The notes beneath the pieces were generated by a model that was given only the letters and a program-made list of their open reading frames with translations, made no database searches and was not told the DNA's origin. Positions 12,680-25,941 of a stretch of 64,000 bases of DNA are shown here, piece by piece (the stretch's first letter is position 1; each line of letters begins with the position of its first letter). Both the position numbers and the translations under genes were made by a program. Source of the stretch: Podospora anserina (Eukaryota); NCBI GenBank assembly GCA_017654855.1, contig CM030337.1:3286001-3350000 (forward strand), given 5' to 3'.

Positions 12680-13127
12680 TGTCACAACCCTGGTATATGG
12701 ACGGGAATAACGATTGGTTGTGGAACCACGGGAGCAGGGGCCAATCGGGAGAACACCCAGGAGAGCCAATCACAGTGAGGAACGGCGATCAGTGCGATCA
12801 GGGTACTGATCAGACTGAGCAGGCCAGGCCGGATGATCAGTGTGATCAGGGCACTGATCAGGCTGAGCGTAAGTGATCAGTATACTCGGGACACTGATCA
12901 GAGGAATCACGGCTAGGAAAAGAAGTCTATATATACGGAGGAACTGGCTGGTGTAGATAGACAGTTCCGCAGTATGCAATTCACAATTGTATTCACGGTA
13001 TCTTGTGTTTACATTGAGACATCTTGTTGTGCACTGTTTAGCTGCACCGAACCAATTGTCAGAAGTTACCTTCAACCCGTATTCCTTTCAGAGGTTCTGC
13101 ACAGGGGTTCGTCATAATACGTTAATA
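12680..13127. mobile_element. Probable solo LTR (~448 bp) with RIP-altered end, related to the 1780-2287 element
   Basis: Starts TGTCACA and ends GTTAATA (could be RIP-mutated GTTGACA). GAAAA flanks both sides (12675-12679, 13128-13132). Shares ACTGATCAGACTGAGCA with the first LTR and has many TGATCAG repeats. Confidence 0.65.
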
Positions 13128-13698
13128 GAAAAAAGAAAGGTAAAATATGGAGTTCAACTCGAACATATACACCTCCTAAATCCAAAAAAATCAGCAACAT
13201 ACTTCCCTCGAGCTTACATAACATCCTTACAATTAGGCTGTCGATAAAAGATTGCAAAAGATGAACATGACCACGCCTCGAACTGAGGACCTCATTAGTC
13301 GCAGGCACTAGTAAGAACCAACAAGATCTCTACATGGATATGAGGGATACGCTGAGTGCGAGCAACCTACGTGCTGTCAATTACACCACATGGGAGAACT
13401 CATGTTCTTGCTTGAATTTCACTTGCGGTTTGGCAGGCTGTAAACCTCCTCCTGATCCTCAGCCTGTCTTAGGTTCTTCGACTCCTTTCCAACTCGTGAA
13501 AAAGGTCAACAAAACTACCAGTTGCGCCCCGCTTTCCCCATGGTTCGTTCGATGTGGTCTTCGACATAGCGAACCCTTCCCCGCGACTGCACTCTCCGCA
13601 GTCAACCCACGAATCTCAGGGTCGGTTTCAGATCCACCAAGATGGAACGTATCCAATTCCATTCCGTTATCCAATGACCCACCACTTACTCGATCCTA

Positions 13699-16600
13699 CT
13701 ACAACAGATCTTCACCAACCCAAAGCAACTCCTCCTGAAAAACCGGATCGATGACTTCCTCCTCCTCACTTGACCCCGAACCCTCCTTAACCTCAACTTC
13801 GACCGCCGCCTTCTCCAAAAGCCCAACCTTCAACGCAATCCGATTCTTAACAACCCCCCACTTCGACATCCGTTTCCAAGGCTGATCAAACCCAGGTATA
13901 GACTCGACATTATCCGCCACAAAATCCTCGTCTTCCTCTTCCTCCACCTCGTCATCCTCCTCCTCATGCTCATCCTCCTCCCCATCCTCCGCGCCCTTCT
14001 TCTTCTCATCCTCCACACTATCCCTCACCCAATCAGCCCAATAGCCCGCATGGTGTCCCTTCATCCTCTGAACATCAACCTCCTCCCACGTAGCTCCGTT
14101 TCTGAGCAAATACCTCACAATTTCCGAATGACCTACAAAAACAGCAGCATACAACGGACTGAAAAACCACCCACCCCTCAAGTTCACATCCGCCCCTCTG
14201 CTCACCAGCATTTCCACCGTCTCTAGCTCCCCCGTCTGACAGGCCGCTTGCAAAGCAGTGTGGTATTTCCCACCCGTGGCATCAATCTCAGCCCCACGGT
14301 TAAGCAGCATGGCAATAACCCACTTCGAAGCCCTAGACGCACAAGCAGCCTGCAGCGGCGTCCCGTATCTCCCCCCCCTGGCGTTGGGATCCGCACCTCT
14401 CCCCAGAAGTAGGTCCACCGCCTCGACCTTGCCATGAAGAATAGCCGCGTGGAGAGCCGTGCCTAAGTGCCCTGCTTTGGTGCAGACGTCTGCCCCCTTC
14501 CTGAGGAGGAGACGCCAACTCTCCGGCTCCCCTTGCGACACGGAGGCTATCAGCGGTGTGCCCCACCGTCCAGACGCGCGACCCGGGTTCACCTCGGCCC
14601 CAGCCTTGACCAGCTTCCTGACAGCGTACCACGAATTCCGAAGCGCCGCGGCCTGGAGCGCGGTACCACGGACCGTCGAAACGGGTTCGTTCAGATCAAC
14701 CCCCAGCTTCATCACCTTGTCAAAGATCTTTTGCCCCTTATCGATGCTCTCGATGGCGGCGAATAGCGCGTTTGGGTACAGTTCGTTACCCAGCTTTGCG
14801 TCGGCACCCTTCTCCATCAGGTAATCAAATGTGCCCTCCTGATAGGTGACAGCCGCAGCGTTGAGAGCGGTGCCATAATGACCAGCTACTTTGTTGACTT
14901 CGGCTCCAGCCTCGACAAAGTACTGCTCATCTTCGCGCTCCATCCAGACACAGTGCTGCAGTCCATTGCCGAAGCGTCCATAGGCAAGGTTGACGTCAAA
15001 GTCGTGGTAGTTGATCATCTGATGGAGCAGCGTCGAGCAGGATCCCCAGGAATCATCCTTACCGGGATATCCAACTGCCGCGCCGCCAGCACACCCAAAC
15101 ATACCCCCAAGGAGATCATTCCGAGCGCCATGCCTGTACAGGATCCTGATGATGACGTAGGCGCCCCGGCTGTATGCTGCTTGCAAAGCAGTGCCGTATT
15201 GCCCACCTTGTATGTTTGGATCGGCGCCCTTGTCAAGCAAGGTTTCCAACTTCTCGTCGTCGTAGTGGTATGCGGCGACCTGAAGAGCAGTGCCCCATAC
15301 TCCCCCCACAGCATTGACATCGGCACCTTGTTCAATAAGGTACAGAGCCACTTTATCATCAGACTGGAAGCCCACGGCGCAGGGAAGCGGGTAACCCCAA
15401 CCGCCGGCTCTTTCATTGACATTTGCACCATGCTCAACCAGAAGTTTGATAAGCTCCACCTCCACTCCGTCATGGCGGAGCGCAGCCAGTAACGGACTGG
15501 TGTACCAGGAACCTTTGATGACTTCGGTGGTTGCCCCAGCCGCGAGGAGGCTTCGCACCACTTCAAGATGACCTTGGGAGCACGCGGCCATCAGGGCCGT
15601 GGTAAAAATGCCACCCTTTTCGTTGGCGTCGCTCCCTAGCTTGAGGAGTAGGTCAACGGTGGTGGAATGACCACGAAGTGATGCTACCTGGAGTGCCGAT
15701 TTGAAAGGAGGCTTTGGCGCGTCTTGTCCCAAATCCACTGAAAGATGAGCCCCAGCCCCGACGAGCCTTGTAATTAGGTCATCCTTCCCATGCCAAGCAG
15801 CAGACTGCAGGGCTGTGATGGGCCCCTTATCAAGCCCATCGTCAATACTCCCGGTGAGATCTGAATAATCGCTAGCAAGATTGACATCCGCTCCAGCCTC
15901 AAGCAAGAAGTTGAAGATGGCATCACTCTCCAGCTCGACCGCCGCCTGGAGAGCGGTGATGAGCAAGCCAGCTTTGAGATTCACATCAGCCCCGCGTTCG
16001 ACCAGAATCTTGACCAGATCAAGTCTGTCACGCTTCACGGCGAAAAGGAGTGGAAACCCGTGGCTTCCACTTTCCTCATCGGTCACGACGCTTGGATCCG
16101 CTCCCGCATCCAATAGAGCCGTGACGATATCTTCACAGATGGACTTGGCATTGAGAGCAGCAGAGAGGGGAGCACCGTATCGACCGTTGTTGGTTTCGCT
16201 TGGACTCGCCCCCAGTTGAAGCAACTGCTTGACCACGTGCATTTTACCATTCGAGGCAGCAGCTTCCAGCGGTGTGCACGAGATGGGCTTGTTAAGAACC
16301 GTACCGAGCAGAGCCAGATCTACCCCTTGTTCCGCGAGAAAGGCCACCGTATCTGAATGTCCGAAATATGCTGCAGTCACAAGAGCATTTCCCGCATCTG
16401 TTGTGGCCCCCTTTTCTAGACCGAGATCGTAGAGAGCCTCGATCACGGCGTTGTGGCCGTTGGCCGCAGCACGGACAACCGCCGTGGCTTCATTGTCACC
16501 AGTGTTGATGTCGATACCCGCTTTGGCAAGCAATTTGACGCAGTCGACATGACCACCATACGCTGCCAGCTCGAGAGGGCTGCCGTACTCTGGATGGGTT

Positions 16601-19600
16601 ACGCTGAGGTCCGCCCCAGCACTGATGAGTCGCTGCAAAACCCCCAGATGCCCCCTGAAGCTGGCTACGTGTATGGCACTGCCATATTTGCAGGTCGACC
16701 ATTCATTGACATCTGCCCCAAGACCCAGCAACAGGTTGATAGTGCTGATATTTCCTGCGCAGCACGCTTGGTACAGAGCACCGCAGTCCTCGACTGGGTA
16801 GCCTAACTCGACCAAGTTCTCGATGCACTCATCCATACCGTTGGAGGCAGCCATGGCGAGGGGTCCAGTGTTTCTGCGAGCTGGGCTGCTGACCTTTACA
16901 CCGTTAAGATGCTCCAGTATCAGCTGAACAATCTGGACGTTCTTGCCAGCGATGGCTGATGTGAGAGGCGAGGAATACAAGCCTCCCTGTCCACATGGGT
17001 TTGCACCAGCTTGTAACAAAACCTCAACAACCTTCCGATGGCCCTTCTCAGCAGCGGCAGCCAGTGGAGTTCCATACCGTTTACAGGGGATGGCGTGCTT
17101 GGCTCCTTTGTCGAGAAGTAAGCGGACGACGTCGGCGTGCCCTGCAAGGGCTGCTGCTTGAAGTGGGCTCCGGTCCTTTCGTCGTCTAGCATCTAGGTCG
17201 ATGTTTTGTTGCAGAAGAACATCGACAACAGAGGCATGACCCATAGCTGCTGCATCGTAAAGTGCTTCGCCAAGGTCAAGCTCAGCCATCTTTTCCGCTG
17301 GGTGCGGTACCGGGCCGTTCGCTTGTAGCTCGTCTCCCGAGGCCGTTGCAAACTTCAGAATGACCTTGACAACGCCAGCGTGTCCACGAGAAACCGCAGC
17401 TTTGAATGGCCCAAGCAATTGTTCAGCTTCAACCCCAGCCTCCAGAAGTTGCTGTGCCGCGCCGGCCAGACCATACCAAGCCGCATAGGCCAATGGTGTC
17501 CTTGATGACACGCCAGAGAGCGCTTTGTCAGATTTTGCACGGTGCTGGTACTGTTCCCAGGTCACAAAATTCCTGCGTGAGCCATTTGTCAAGTGGAAGA
17601 GTCGCATCGTCAGATCCAAGACATCTTCGTCCGGTTCGTCGTCTTGCTCGCTGTACTTGGCATGCAAACCCCAGGCGCTGGCAGCATAAGGCAAAAACTT
17701 GTACTGCTGGAGCTGGTCGGAGTCAGGCGATAATGGCTTTGCGAAATCGTCGTAGCAAAGATATGTCAGACACACAGATGCCAAAGTCGACTCGGTCTCG
17801 TACTTGGCAACACAGAATAGAGGTTTTGTCTTGCATATGTCTTCTGATACCAGAAACTCCTTCACCGAGAAATGTGCCAAGGACACAAACCTGTCTGGTG
17901 ATACAGTGACCAAGCCACCCAACAACTCAAGCATGTCCTCGGGGTCGGTGTCCACGGCATTAAAATCCATGGACTCCTCTCCATTGTCTGGCTCAATCGA
18001 GATCGCTTCGGCCAGCTCCTCAAGTGAGAGGTTTCTGATGCCGCGTACCAACCAAGAAAGTATTTTCCGGACAATCTCCACATCCTCCGGGTGTTCGTCT
18101 TCTATACGCTGAAGAATCCGGATGTATGTTTCCTGCAGCGTGCGCGGGAGGTTGGTCAGAGCAGAGCGGATAGCTTTGTCGTTTCGCAACTTGCACAAGG
18201 CATCGATCTGGCACCGCACCCACTGAAACATGCCTTTTGATCCGGTCACCAGGCTCTCCACAATAACGCTTTGCAACTCTGGATCCCTCAGTTTCAATTT
18301 CCTTTGCTTGATCCTTGATGCAACTTCTCCCTCCACAAAGTTTTGAATGTCGTCTGCGACATCAGACTGCTCGATGGACGTGGCTGGCAGGCCTTGAAAT
18401 GCCCGCGCAATTGGGAGCTCGTTCCGACTTGTTACTAGAATCTTCAGCCTGGGGCACTGCTCATGGAGGCTCCGTAATGCGGCGGTGAGAGTCTCCCATG
18501 ACGAAGGACTGGTCTCGTCCAAGGCATCGATGACAATGATGACTGTCTCGAAGTGGTCACTCATAAAAGTGTTAAAGTCTGCAAGAAGCTCGTCAAACTC
18601 GGCCGTAAATGTAGGTGCCAGTCTAAGCTGCTCAAGAAAGAAGTCTTGGAGGTTTTCGAAGACTCCGCTGTTCTGTTTTGCCAACATGGCCAGGATTGTG
18701 CTGAGAATCTTGGCTGGGTCCTGTTTCTGCGAGTCTTTGTAATCGCAGTAGAAGTAAGCGAGCCCGGTGTTTTGGTCCTGCACCTTTTCTTGCAGGTAGT
18801 TGATGATGCTCGATGATAGGATGGTTTTGCCCGCTCCGGCTAGAGTCCCACATTAGCCCAGGTTCAAAGAGAAAGGAATGGTGGACTGGACGTACGAATG
18901 GCGTGCAGCCACAGAAAGCTGTTGTCCTCTCTGAGCCACCGTTGAAACTGATGGCCGTGCAGAAACCAAGTACCAGAGCTTGCATGACGAAGACTTGTTG
19001 CCGCCTTATGATTTGTAGCGACATTGGCCGGGGCCAGCCACTCATGCACTTTGGCTGTGCTCTCTGCGTCGACGTAGTTTGCAATCAACCTCTGACTTCG
19101 TTCGGCCTTTGCCCAACGTTCGCCGGCCAAAGTGCGTTCCTTGCTAGCCAGCTCTTTCTCGGCCAGCCCAGCCTCGGACTCGACGGCCTCCACATTCTTG
19201 GATATGCGGTCTTTGATACCGTCAAAGTCGACACTGAAGGGCTTCCAGAGAACCCTCAATGCAGTGGCCAAGCCAACCGCTTGCGTCAACCTCTTGATGC
19301 CCTGGCATTTTTCCTTGCCCACGCGGAAGATTTGTTTGGCTCGGACACAGAACTCGAAGATGGCGATGTAAATGTCGACCATAGGCGCCTTGATATTCTC
19401 GTTATCTGGGTATAATGTCGGGTAGCGTTCGAGGCGGCTGAGAATGGTCCCAATGTTTTCCAACATCAGGGCCAACTTCTCAAAATACTCGCCAAACTCG
19501 CGGGCCAGGTCTAGGACGATGCGGAGACTGCCCCATAATGGGCAAAGAATGTCGCTGCCATTGGCAAGGATGCTGAGACCATCGCCGTAGGTTTCGAGGC

Positions 19601-19808
19601 CATTGATGAAGGGGATCAGGGCTTCGCCAACTCGGCGTGACTTTGAATGCTGCTTGTGGGTAGCACCAATGGCCTTGAGCTCTTCTATCAATGTCTTGGC
19701 GGCAACCGAGGTGTCGAATAACCGGCGCTCATCAGTGGTCAAGTCTGCGGTGAAATGATTGATGCAGTCTGCGTCGAGCGATCTGAGGGAAATGACGTTG
19801 ACGGTCAT
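13699..19808 (-). CDS. Fungal NLR-like STAND protein: N-terminal helical domain, NACHT, long ankyrin array, acidic tail; intron 18840-18895
   Basis: Splicing restores Walker A (WLHAIPGAGKT). Also AYFYCD, Walker B IVIDALDE, KILVTSR, GMFQWV, LPRTLQETY.RIL, LAHFSVKEFL, and >20 ankyrin repeats of the GG.YGTALQAA...G type. Confidence 0.95.
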
Positions 19809-20132
19809 GATGTTGCCAGTTCCTGCTGTCCCATACTTGTTGAAAACATTAGGGGAGAGGTGGAAGGAGCCCAACGAGAGATGCTATCGATAAGGGGCTC
19901 CTCCTTCCATGTAATCCGACTGATCCAATGAAATTTCAGACATGCTCGCTAGCTTTAGGCATCTGCGTCTCAAAATGAGGCACTTGCTCCTACTCAGCCC
20001 CACCAGCATTTGCCTGTTTAGTGAGTTTGCATATGGATCTAACCGCCTCCGGGTTTGAAGTCACGAAACACATGCTCACACGAGGTGCGCAAGATGGACG
20101 AACCAAAAATGTAATAAATTGTTTCTGTGCCC

Positions 20133-20648
20133 CTAGTTTGACAACGAATTGAGCACTCCTCCTGCTTTGTAAAGCAGGTAGAAACAGCTGAGATTGCCGA
20201 TCCACCAAGTGATACCACGGATCTGACTCCACTGTGGGTGGTCTATGAGGATGTACACAGCGCCGTACGCCACGCGTGCAATTGTGTAGGTCAACCCGGC
20301 ACGGTTGATCAGGGTTCTGTCAACACCAGCGGCGGTAGCTAAGCACACGGCGCCAGCAAAGAAAGCGTAGTTCTCGACGGCATTTGCGTGGGCCGACTCG
20401 TTGCGTTTGAGCATATCGAGTTGTTTCTGTGTGATCTTGCCCGAGGCAACGGCTGCGTCCCCGTACTTGGCAAGATCATAGCGGGGCGACACATTGTGAT
20501 CGATGCCGTACCACTGTTTGAGCGTGCGTGAAGACAGAACGCCGTACGCAAAGAAGAAGTGCAAGCCCAGGAAAAAGGGCGCGTAATTCGGTATGATGAC
20601 AGTAAGCGGGGCAGCCCGAAGGCCGAGGGCAACACCGAGAGATACCAT
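20133..20648 (-). CDS. MAPEG-family membrane protein
   Basis: N.SPR motif, R.ESAHANAVEN, ARVAY..VY, RGITW; four hydrophobic segments. Confidence 0.8.
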   Translation of the reverse strand: MVSLGVALGLRAAPLTVIIPNYAPFFLGLHFFFAYGVLSSRTLKQWYGIDHNVSPRYDLAKYGDAAVASGKITQKQLDMLKRNESAHANAVENYAFFAGAVCLATAAGVDRTLINRAGLTYTIARVAYGAVYILIDHPQWSQIRGITWWIGNLSCFYLLYKAGGVLNSLSN

Positions 20649-21579
20649 GGCGACGGGAGAAACTTTGAAGAATTTGTTGTCTGCGCAGTGTTGCTGAGCT
20701 CGAAAATGGGACCACAGCGGCTTTATACAGGTCACGCTTTCAGCTGTGCCGCCCGCACAGTGTTCTGCGTGCCGGACTCTTTTCTTTCAGCACAGTGCTA
20801 CACTGCTGGCTGGCGGCACAAAACTGGCGGAATTACGGCGGAAACACAAACAAAGGATTCTGGTTGACTGTTGACCTGTTAGCGAGAATTAAACGAAAAT
20901 CACAACAGCAGATACCGTTTTTCGAGGACCGGAACAACCAGGACAGTTTCCTTTAGCAATGTGAGGCTTTCTGTTAGCTCGGACTGTAAGTCTTCAAAAT
21001 TGGCTATGGTTGGTCAGGTGCAGGAGCTATTCTGAAATAACACAAGTCCTGGCTAGAAACAGGGTTTCCTGTGGTTTTTTTTGGAATTTCTACTCGAATT
21101 ATAAACCATGTTCAAATGGGGTGGGAGAAAGCACCCCGCACCCCGCACCCCACACCGTTGGACCTCCGCCGTCGAGCTGCGGATAACGGCTGCCAAGATC
21201 CGGTCCGCATCCGGCAGACCCACATCTCCGCCGTTGGCGTCAACGGCCGCCACCGTTGACAAGGACTCGGTCAAAGAGGACCGATAAACAGGGGCAAAAG
21301 AAGATCGCCAAGTTAAATCAGGTTTCCACTCACATGCTCGGAGCCTTCTCCGATCGAGTCTCCATCCGTGCGATCACACCGGCGTCATATACACAGACGC
21401 ACACGGCAGATTTGCATCATCCCCGCTTAATTAGTCAACCTTGACCATCCCGTGTCTTATGCCTATATCACCTTGAGATCTCACCATGATCTGCAGCCCA
21501 TCAGCATCGTCGTTTCTCAACGTTCCGTCTTTGACATCTGAACCACATATAGCCAACCAAACACCTCGCAGCCACCACA

Positions 21580-22320
21580 ATGCGCAATCCCCCCGAAAGC
21601 ATCAACCACCTCCTCGACACCCTCACCAACAACCCCTCCTCCCCCTCCCTCCGCATCCACTTCCCCGCCGAAACCGTCTCCTCCCCAGGCCAGCACCTCT
21701 CCACCACCACCTCCGCAACCCCCCCTTCCTTCTCCGTCTCGGCCTCGGCCCTCCACAACCTCAAATTCCCCAACAACGACCTCTCACCCGTCTCCTCCCA
21801 CACCGACCCTGACGACGACGCAAACAAACCCTCCACCTCCACCAAAAATGAAGACCAACCTGACATAAACCCCCTCACCATCCCCCGCTTCCTAATCACC
21901 ACCCTCGACCTCGACCCCCCCTTCCCTTCTTTTCCAGTCCTGGGCCCAATCCTCCACGGCATGCAGGCCGACCTGGCATTGTCGACCTCTTTCACGGGCG
22001 AGGATGACATTGACACAAACAAGCAGTTTATCCCTCTGGAGCGGGACACTAGGTTCAACCTAGGTGAGGATGACATAGGGGAAGTGGCGCAGTACATGGG
22101 CCCTTCCCCGCCGGGGTGGAGCGAGCCGCATCGCTATGTTTGTCTGATGTGGCAGCAGCCCGAGGGGGTGACTGGAGACAAAATCAGGGAGGAGATGGGG
22201 TGGGGGGCCGCGAGGGATGGGAAGATTGGTGCGTGGGAGAGGGTGAGGTTTGATCAGGCGGGTTTCGAGGAGAGGTTTGGGTTGGGGGAGGTGGTGGCGG
22301 GGAATTATTTTGTTTGTTGA
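21580..22320 (+). CDS. Phosphatidylethanolamine-binding protein (PEBP/TFS1-like)
   Basis: DLDPP...PILH and Y.GPSPP...PHRYV.L..QQP motifs; C-terminal GNYF. Confidence 0.88.
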   Translation: MRNPPESINHLLDTLTNNPSSPSLRIHFPAETVSSPGQHLSTTTSATPPSFSVSASALHNLKFPNNDLSPVSSHTDPDDDANKPSTSTKNEDQPDINPLTIPRFLITTLDLDPPFPSFPVLGPILHGMQADLALSTSFTGEDDIDTNKQFIPLERDTRFNLGEDDIGEVAQYMGPSPPGWSEPHRYVCLMWQQPEGVTGDKIREEMGWGAARDGKIGAWERVRFDQAGFEERFGLGEVVAGNYFVC

Positions 22321-22593
22321 TCTGGTTGGATAACTTCCAAGGTAGATTGGAATCGGTTTTTCTGGGTATCTCTTAGGATGGGCTATTGCATTGGCTTAGC
22401 GTTGGAAAATGATAGTTTGTTTTGTTGGCGTTCATAATTTGCTTGAGCAATTACAGCCACTCACTCCTCCACAGGCACCTGCACTAGACTCTGCCCGCTT
22501 TCCGTTCAAGTCGTGATCTTCCCGGCCATAACCACCATTGTCAAACAACCGTCTTCCCTCACCGTCAAAGTCTCCCAAGACATCTCAGTGCCC

Positions 22594-25220
22594 CTACTTA
22601 CTCCCCCCATGCAGCCTCCCTACACTCTCCACCGTCACCGCATCCTTATGCCACCTCTTCGCCAAAACCCCCTCCCTAAACACCCACGCCCCCCCAATCG
22701 TCGCCCCCGGCCCCACAGTCACCAACCCAGCCACCACCAACCCCATCACATTCCCCCACCCCTCCCTCAACATGCCCGCCTGTCTCAAATCCCAAAACAA
22801 ATACCCCAGCCAGACAATGTGGCTCCCAAAACCGAAAAGGTAATCCCACTTTAGGAAATTGACCGCAAACGAGGTCAAATCCCCGTAATGTCTCGGGATC
22901 CCTCCCGGGAAAAACAACCCCCAGTGTGCCGGGTCAACCCCGCCATTTCTCCCCCATACATGTGCCGCTGCTGCTATGATACTCCCCAAGCCGATGTAAA
23001 TTCGAAGAACGGGGAGGTCTTTGGTGAAGTTGTTGATCTTGTCTTGGTTGACGGTGTCGCTGAATAGTCTGGAGAGGGTGAGCATTGCCAGTGCGGTCCA
23101 GATGGGGAAGGGTTGCCAGATGAACAGCCAGGATTGGCGTTGGGGGAGGTCAGGAGAGAAGAGGAACCCAATTAGGGGGGTGAGGTAGGCGAGGAGGATG
23201 GCAGGGAGGGTGGTGTACGACCAGCGGGTGTTGGTCAGGCGCTTGTCGCGGGCGGCGAAGGATTCGATGGGGGAGAGGATGTAGTGGAGGTAGAGGTAGA
23301 AGGGGCCGATGATGCCCACGCCCATGAGTTGGCAGAGGGTGAGGAAGAGGTTGGGCCTGTGAGGGGGGTCAGTGATTGAGAAAGGGTAAGGATCTGAGGA
23401 GGAGCAAGAACCTACAGCTGCAAGATAGTAAGCGCATTCGCCCGCCGTGTCGACTCCAGCAGCCAGATCGTAAAGATGGGCAGCCCCTCAAGCAGAAAGG
23501 TGATCATATGCCGGCGGCCTTCTTCCGATGTGCCGTACATACCCGGCACAAAGATCATATTCACCCACGCCATCGTCTCGTCAAGACTCCTCCAGCCATA
23601 AAACGACCGCAGCACCGGAACCAAAATGTTGTCAACAGCGATAAAACCCCCATCACGCTGCTCTTTCGCCCACTGCTCCGGCATTCCCACATTCATGATC
23701 CAAAAAGCAAGACACGACATCAAAAACAACGGCAGAGCAAACAACGCCCTCTCGAACCTGCTCTCCCTCCTCCCATCCCCCATGGTCGGGTTGAACGGTG
23801 CGGTCACCATGAGTGATCGTTTCGGCAGCGGCAAGTAATCAATCTTCGTCGCTCCGATCATAACGTGATGAAAAAGTTCGGCAATCAGCTCTCCAAAGTT
23901 GGGGAGCAGCCAGTTAACAAAGAATCGAGAATAAGCCGTCTGCATGCAGTGGGCTTGTGTCAAGAAGCCCGACGCGTCCACAACCGCAGCTGCCCGTGTT
24001 TCCCGTTCCTGTTGGTACTCGGCGAGCATTTTTTGGATGTCATCCGGCGAGGGACGCAGCTGTCCCGTCCGGGCGCATTTGTCAGCCAGCTTCTTGATCC
24101 CATTGGCCAGCGCGGCTGCGCTTTCGATGGCAATGTTTCCACCAACTCCCAAGTTGGGGGTCGACTTGTGGATGCTGTCTCCTGCGCAGGTGATTCGGCC
24201 CCAGTGCCAGAGTTTGAATCTGCCTTGTTCGATCGAGACGAGGCGGTGGACGACAGTTTTTTTCCAGAGGTCCGCGAGGGTGAGACGGTTGGGGTCTGGG
24301 CGGAGGATGAGGTCGCCGTTGCGGGCGAGGAAGGATTGGACTTCTTGTTCGTTGAATTGTGGAATTTCGCCATGGTGGTATCTTCGGGAGAGACGCTCTC
24401 CTGCGAACCAGTACACCTTTCCCTCGTCGGCAACAATCGTCATTCCAACACGGCCGATATTGTACGATGTATCCAGATGCCCAGACGTCAGCCCTTGCAC
24501 CCCGTACGCAATGCCAAACAGCGTGTTATGGTCAGCGAACAAACCTGCCACCAAAGTCAGCTCCTCTCTCTCTGTTTCTCTTACATTTCTCCCGCTCAAC
24601 TTACTCTCCTTCTCCCGTTCCACCACCCCCGCCAACTCCCACATCCTCCCCCTCACCAAACTATTAACCCCATCACACCCCACCAGAACATCCCCCTCAA
24701 ACTCCTCCCCGTCATCACAAACAACCCTCACCCCCTTGTCCAAATCATGCCTCACCTCCACCACATTCCTCCCCGTCAACAACTTGCTCTTGTCCCTGAT
24801 GTTATCCACCAATCCCCGCAGCAAAACCTGCCGCTCCCCCCACGCAGTGCAGTACCCCGTCCTCGCCAGGATAAGCTCAGTACTCCTGTCCTCGCAAATC
24901 ACGCTCCCGTCTGCTCGACGCGCAGTAAGCAGGTTGATCCGCTCGGCTTCTTTCTCGATGCGGTCCCAGGCCCCGAGCTGGTCGAGGATGCGCGCGCCCG
25001 AGCTGAAGATGCCGATCGAGGCGCCGACCTGGGGAGCGAGGTCAGGGCGGCGTTCGAGGAGGAGATAGGGGATGGAGGCTTGCTGGACCTGCTATCAGTG
25101 CTTTATATTGACTTGGAAAGTGCGGGGAGGGAAGAATACCTCAAGCGCATTTGCTAGAGTGAGGCCAGCAACTCCGCCTCCGCAGATGAGGATGCGGAAT
25201 TCGCGGTCGTCCTTTGCCAT
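22594..25220 (-). CDS. FAD-dependent monooxygenase with multi-TM C-terminal extension; introns near 25088-25140, 24545-24604 and 23358-23410
   Basis: ICGGGVAGL, GASIG, VGCDGVNS.VR, AGDSIHK.TPNLGVGGN.AIE; hydrophobic C-terminal half. Confidence 0.9.
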
Positions 25221-25941
25221 GGTGATTTGTTTGAGCTGTGATAAAAGAGGGAACACACAAGAATACGGTTCGGTACAGGTTAGGTGACTAAGTATATGAC
25301 GTGGAGAAAAGAGACATAAAGGCCGAGGCTGAGGTGAGACAAGAGGCTGGTTGGCTGGGAACATGCATGAGTTCGGGGACTAGAGACAGCCACATTATGC
25401 GTAGGGTGAGAGATGGAATGTGAGATGTGACGAGCGGCAACCGATGGTATTGCTGATAAGGCTTGAGGGAACACTATCTAGCATCGAACCTGTTTCTGTC
25501 GACGTTCTCTAGCAGGTTGAGGGTTTCGCTTGTTCACGTATCCCAGGTCACGGTACCCCGGCTATGTCTCACTTGATCTGGTAAAAGGCTGGCACTACCC
25601 GAGACAAATCGGATCAGCAACGAAGCTATACTATTGGTCAAGTCGAGGTCAGTCGGAAGGATGTCATCAGCTCACATGCAGAACCGGAACTTACCCCCCC
25701 ACAAAGGTGTTACATCCCGTCTTATGGTTATTCTACTCCAGAACGTAACACCGAACAGGGCAAAGCTCAAGTTGCGAACAATCATACTCCGGGCGATTTT
25801 CCTATTATTTCAGCCAAAAACATGGTTCAAGTGCTGCGTCACAGCAACCAGAGCCGTATTTCTTTGTGACGCCCTTCCAACCCCTCTTCCGAAACCAGCA
25901 AAAAGCCTATGCCAATCAGCCACTTCCCAACACCTAACATC

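Noticed and set aside
12780..12905. TGATCAG repeat array as a CRISPR-like locus
   Set aside because: Eukaryotic context, irregular spacing, no unique spacers; explained as LTR-internal repeats.
12640..13013. Alternative LTR boundaries TGTA...TACA
   Set aside because: The flanks (GGATA/TTGAG) do not form a target-site duplication, whereas 12680-13127 does.
14000..17500. High-internal-conservation repeats (het-e/HNWD-like) in the NLR ankyrin array
   Set aside because: The repeats are clearly divergent at the protein level; no near-identical units were seen.
19809..19874. N/G-rich NVFNKYGTAGTGN upstream of the NLR as an amyloid signalling motif
   Set aside because: It lies upstream of the first in-frame ATG, and no adjacent HeLo/HET effector gene carries a matching motif.
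23865..25157. Long plus-strand ORFs (430 and 374 aa) and similar ones at 9384-10316 and 26811-28037
   Set aside because: The first three are antisense shadows of the monooxygenase and P450. The 26811-28037 translation is the esterase exon, which lies on the minus strand.
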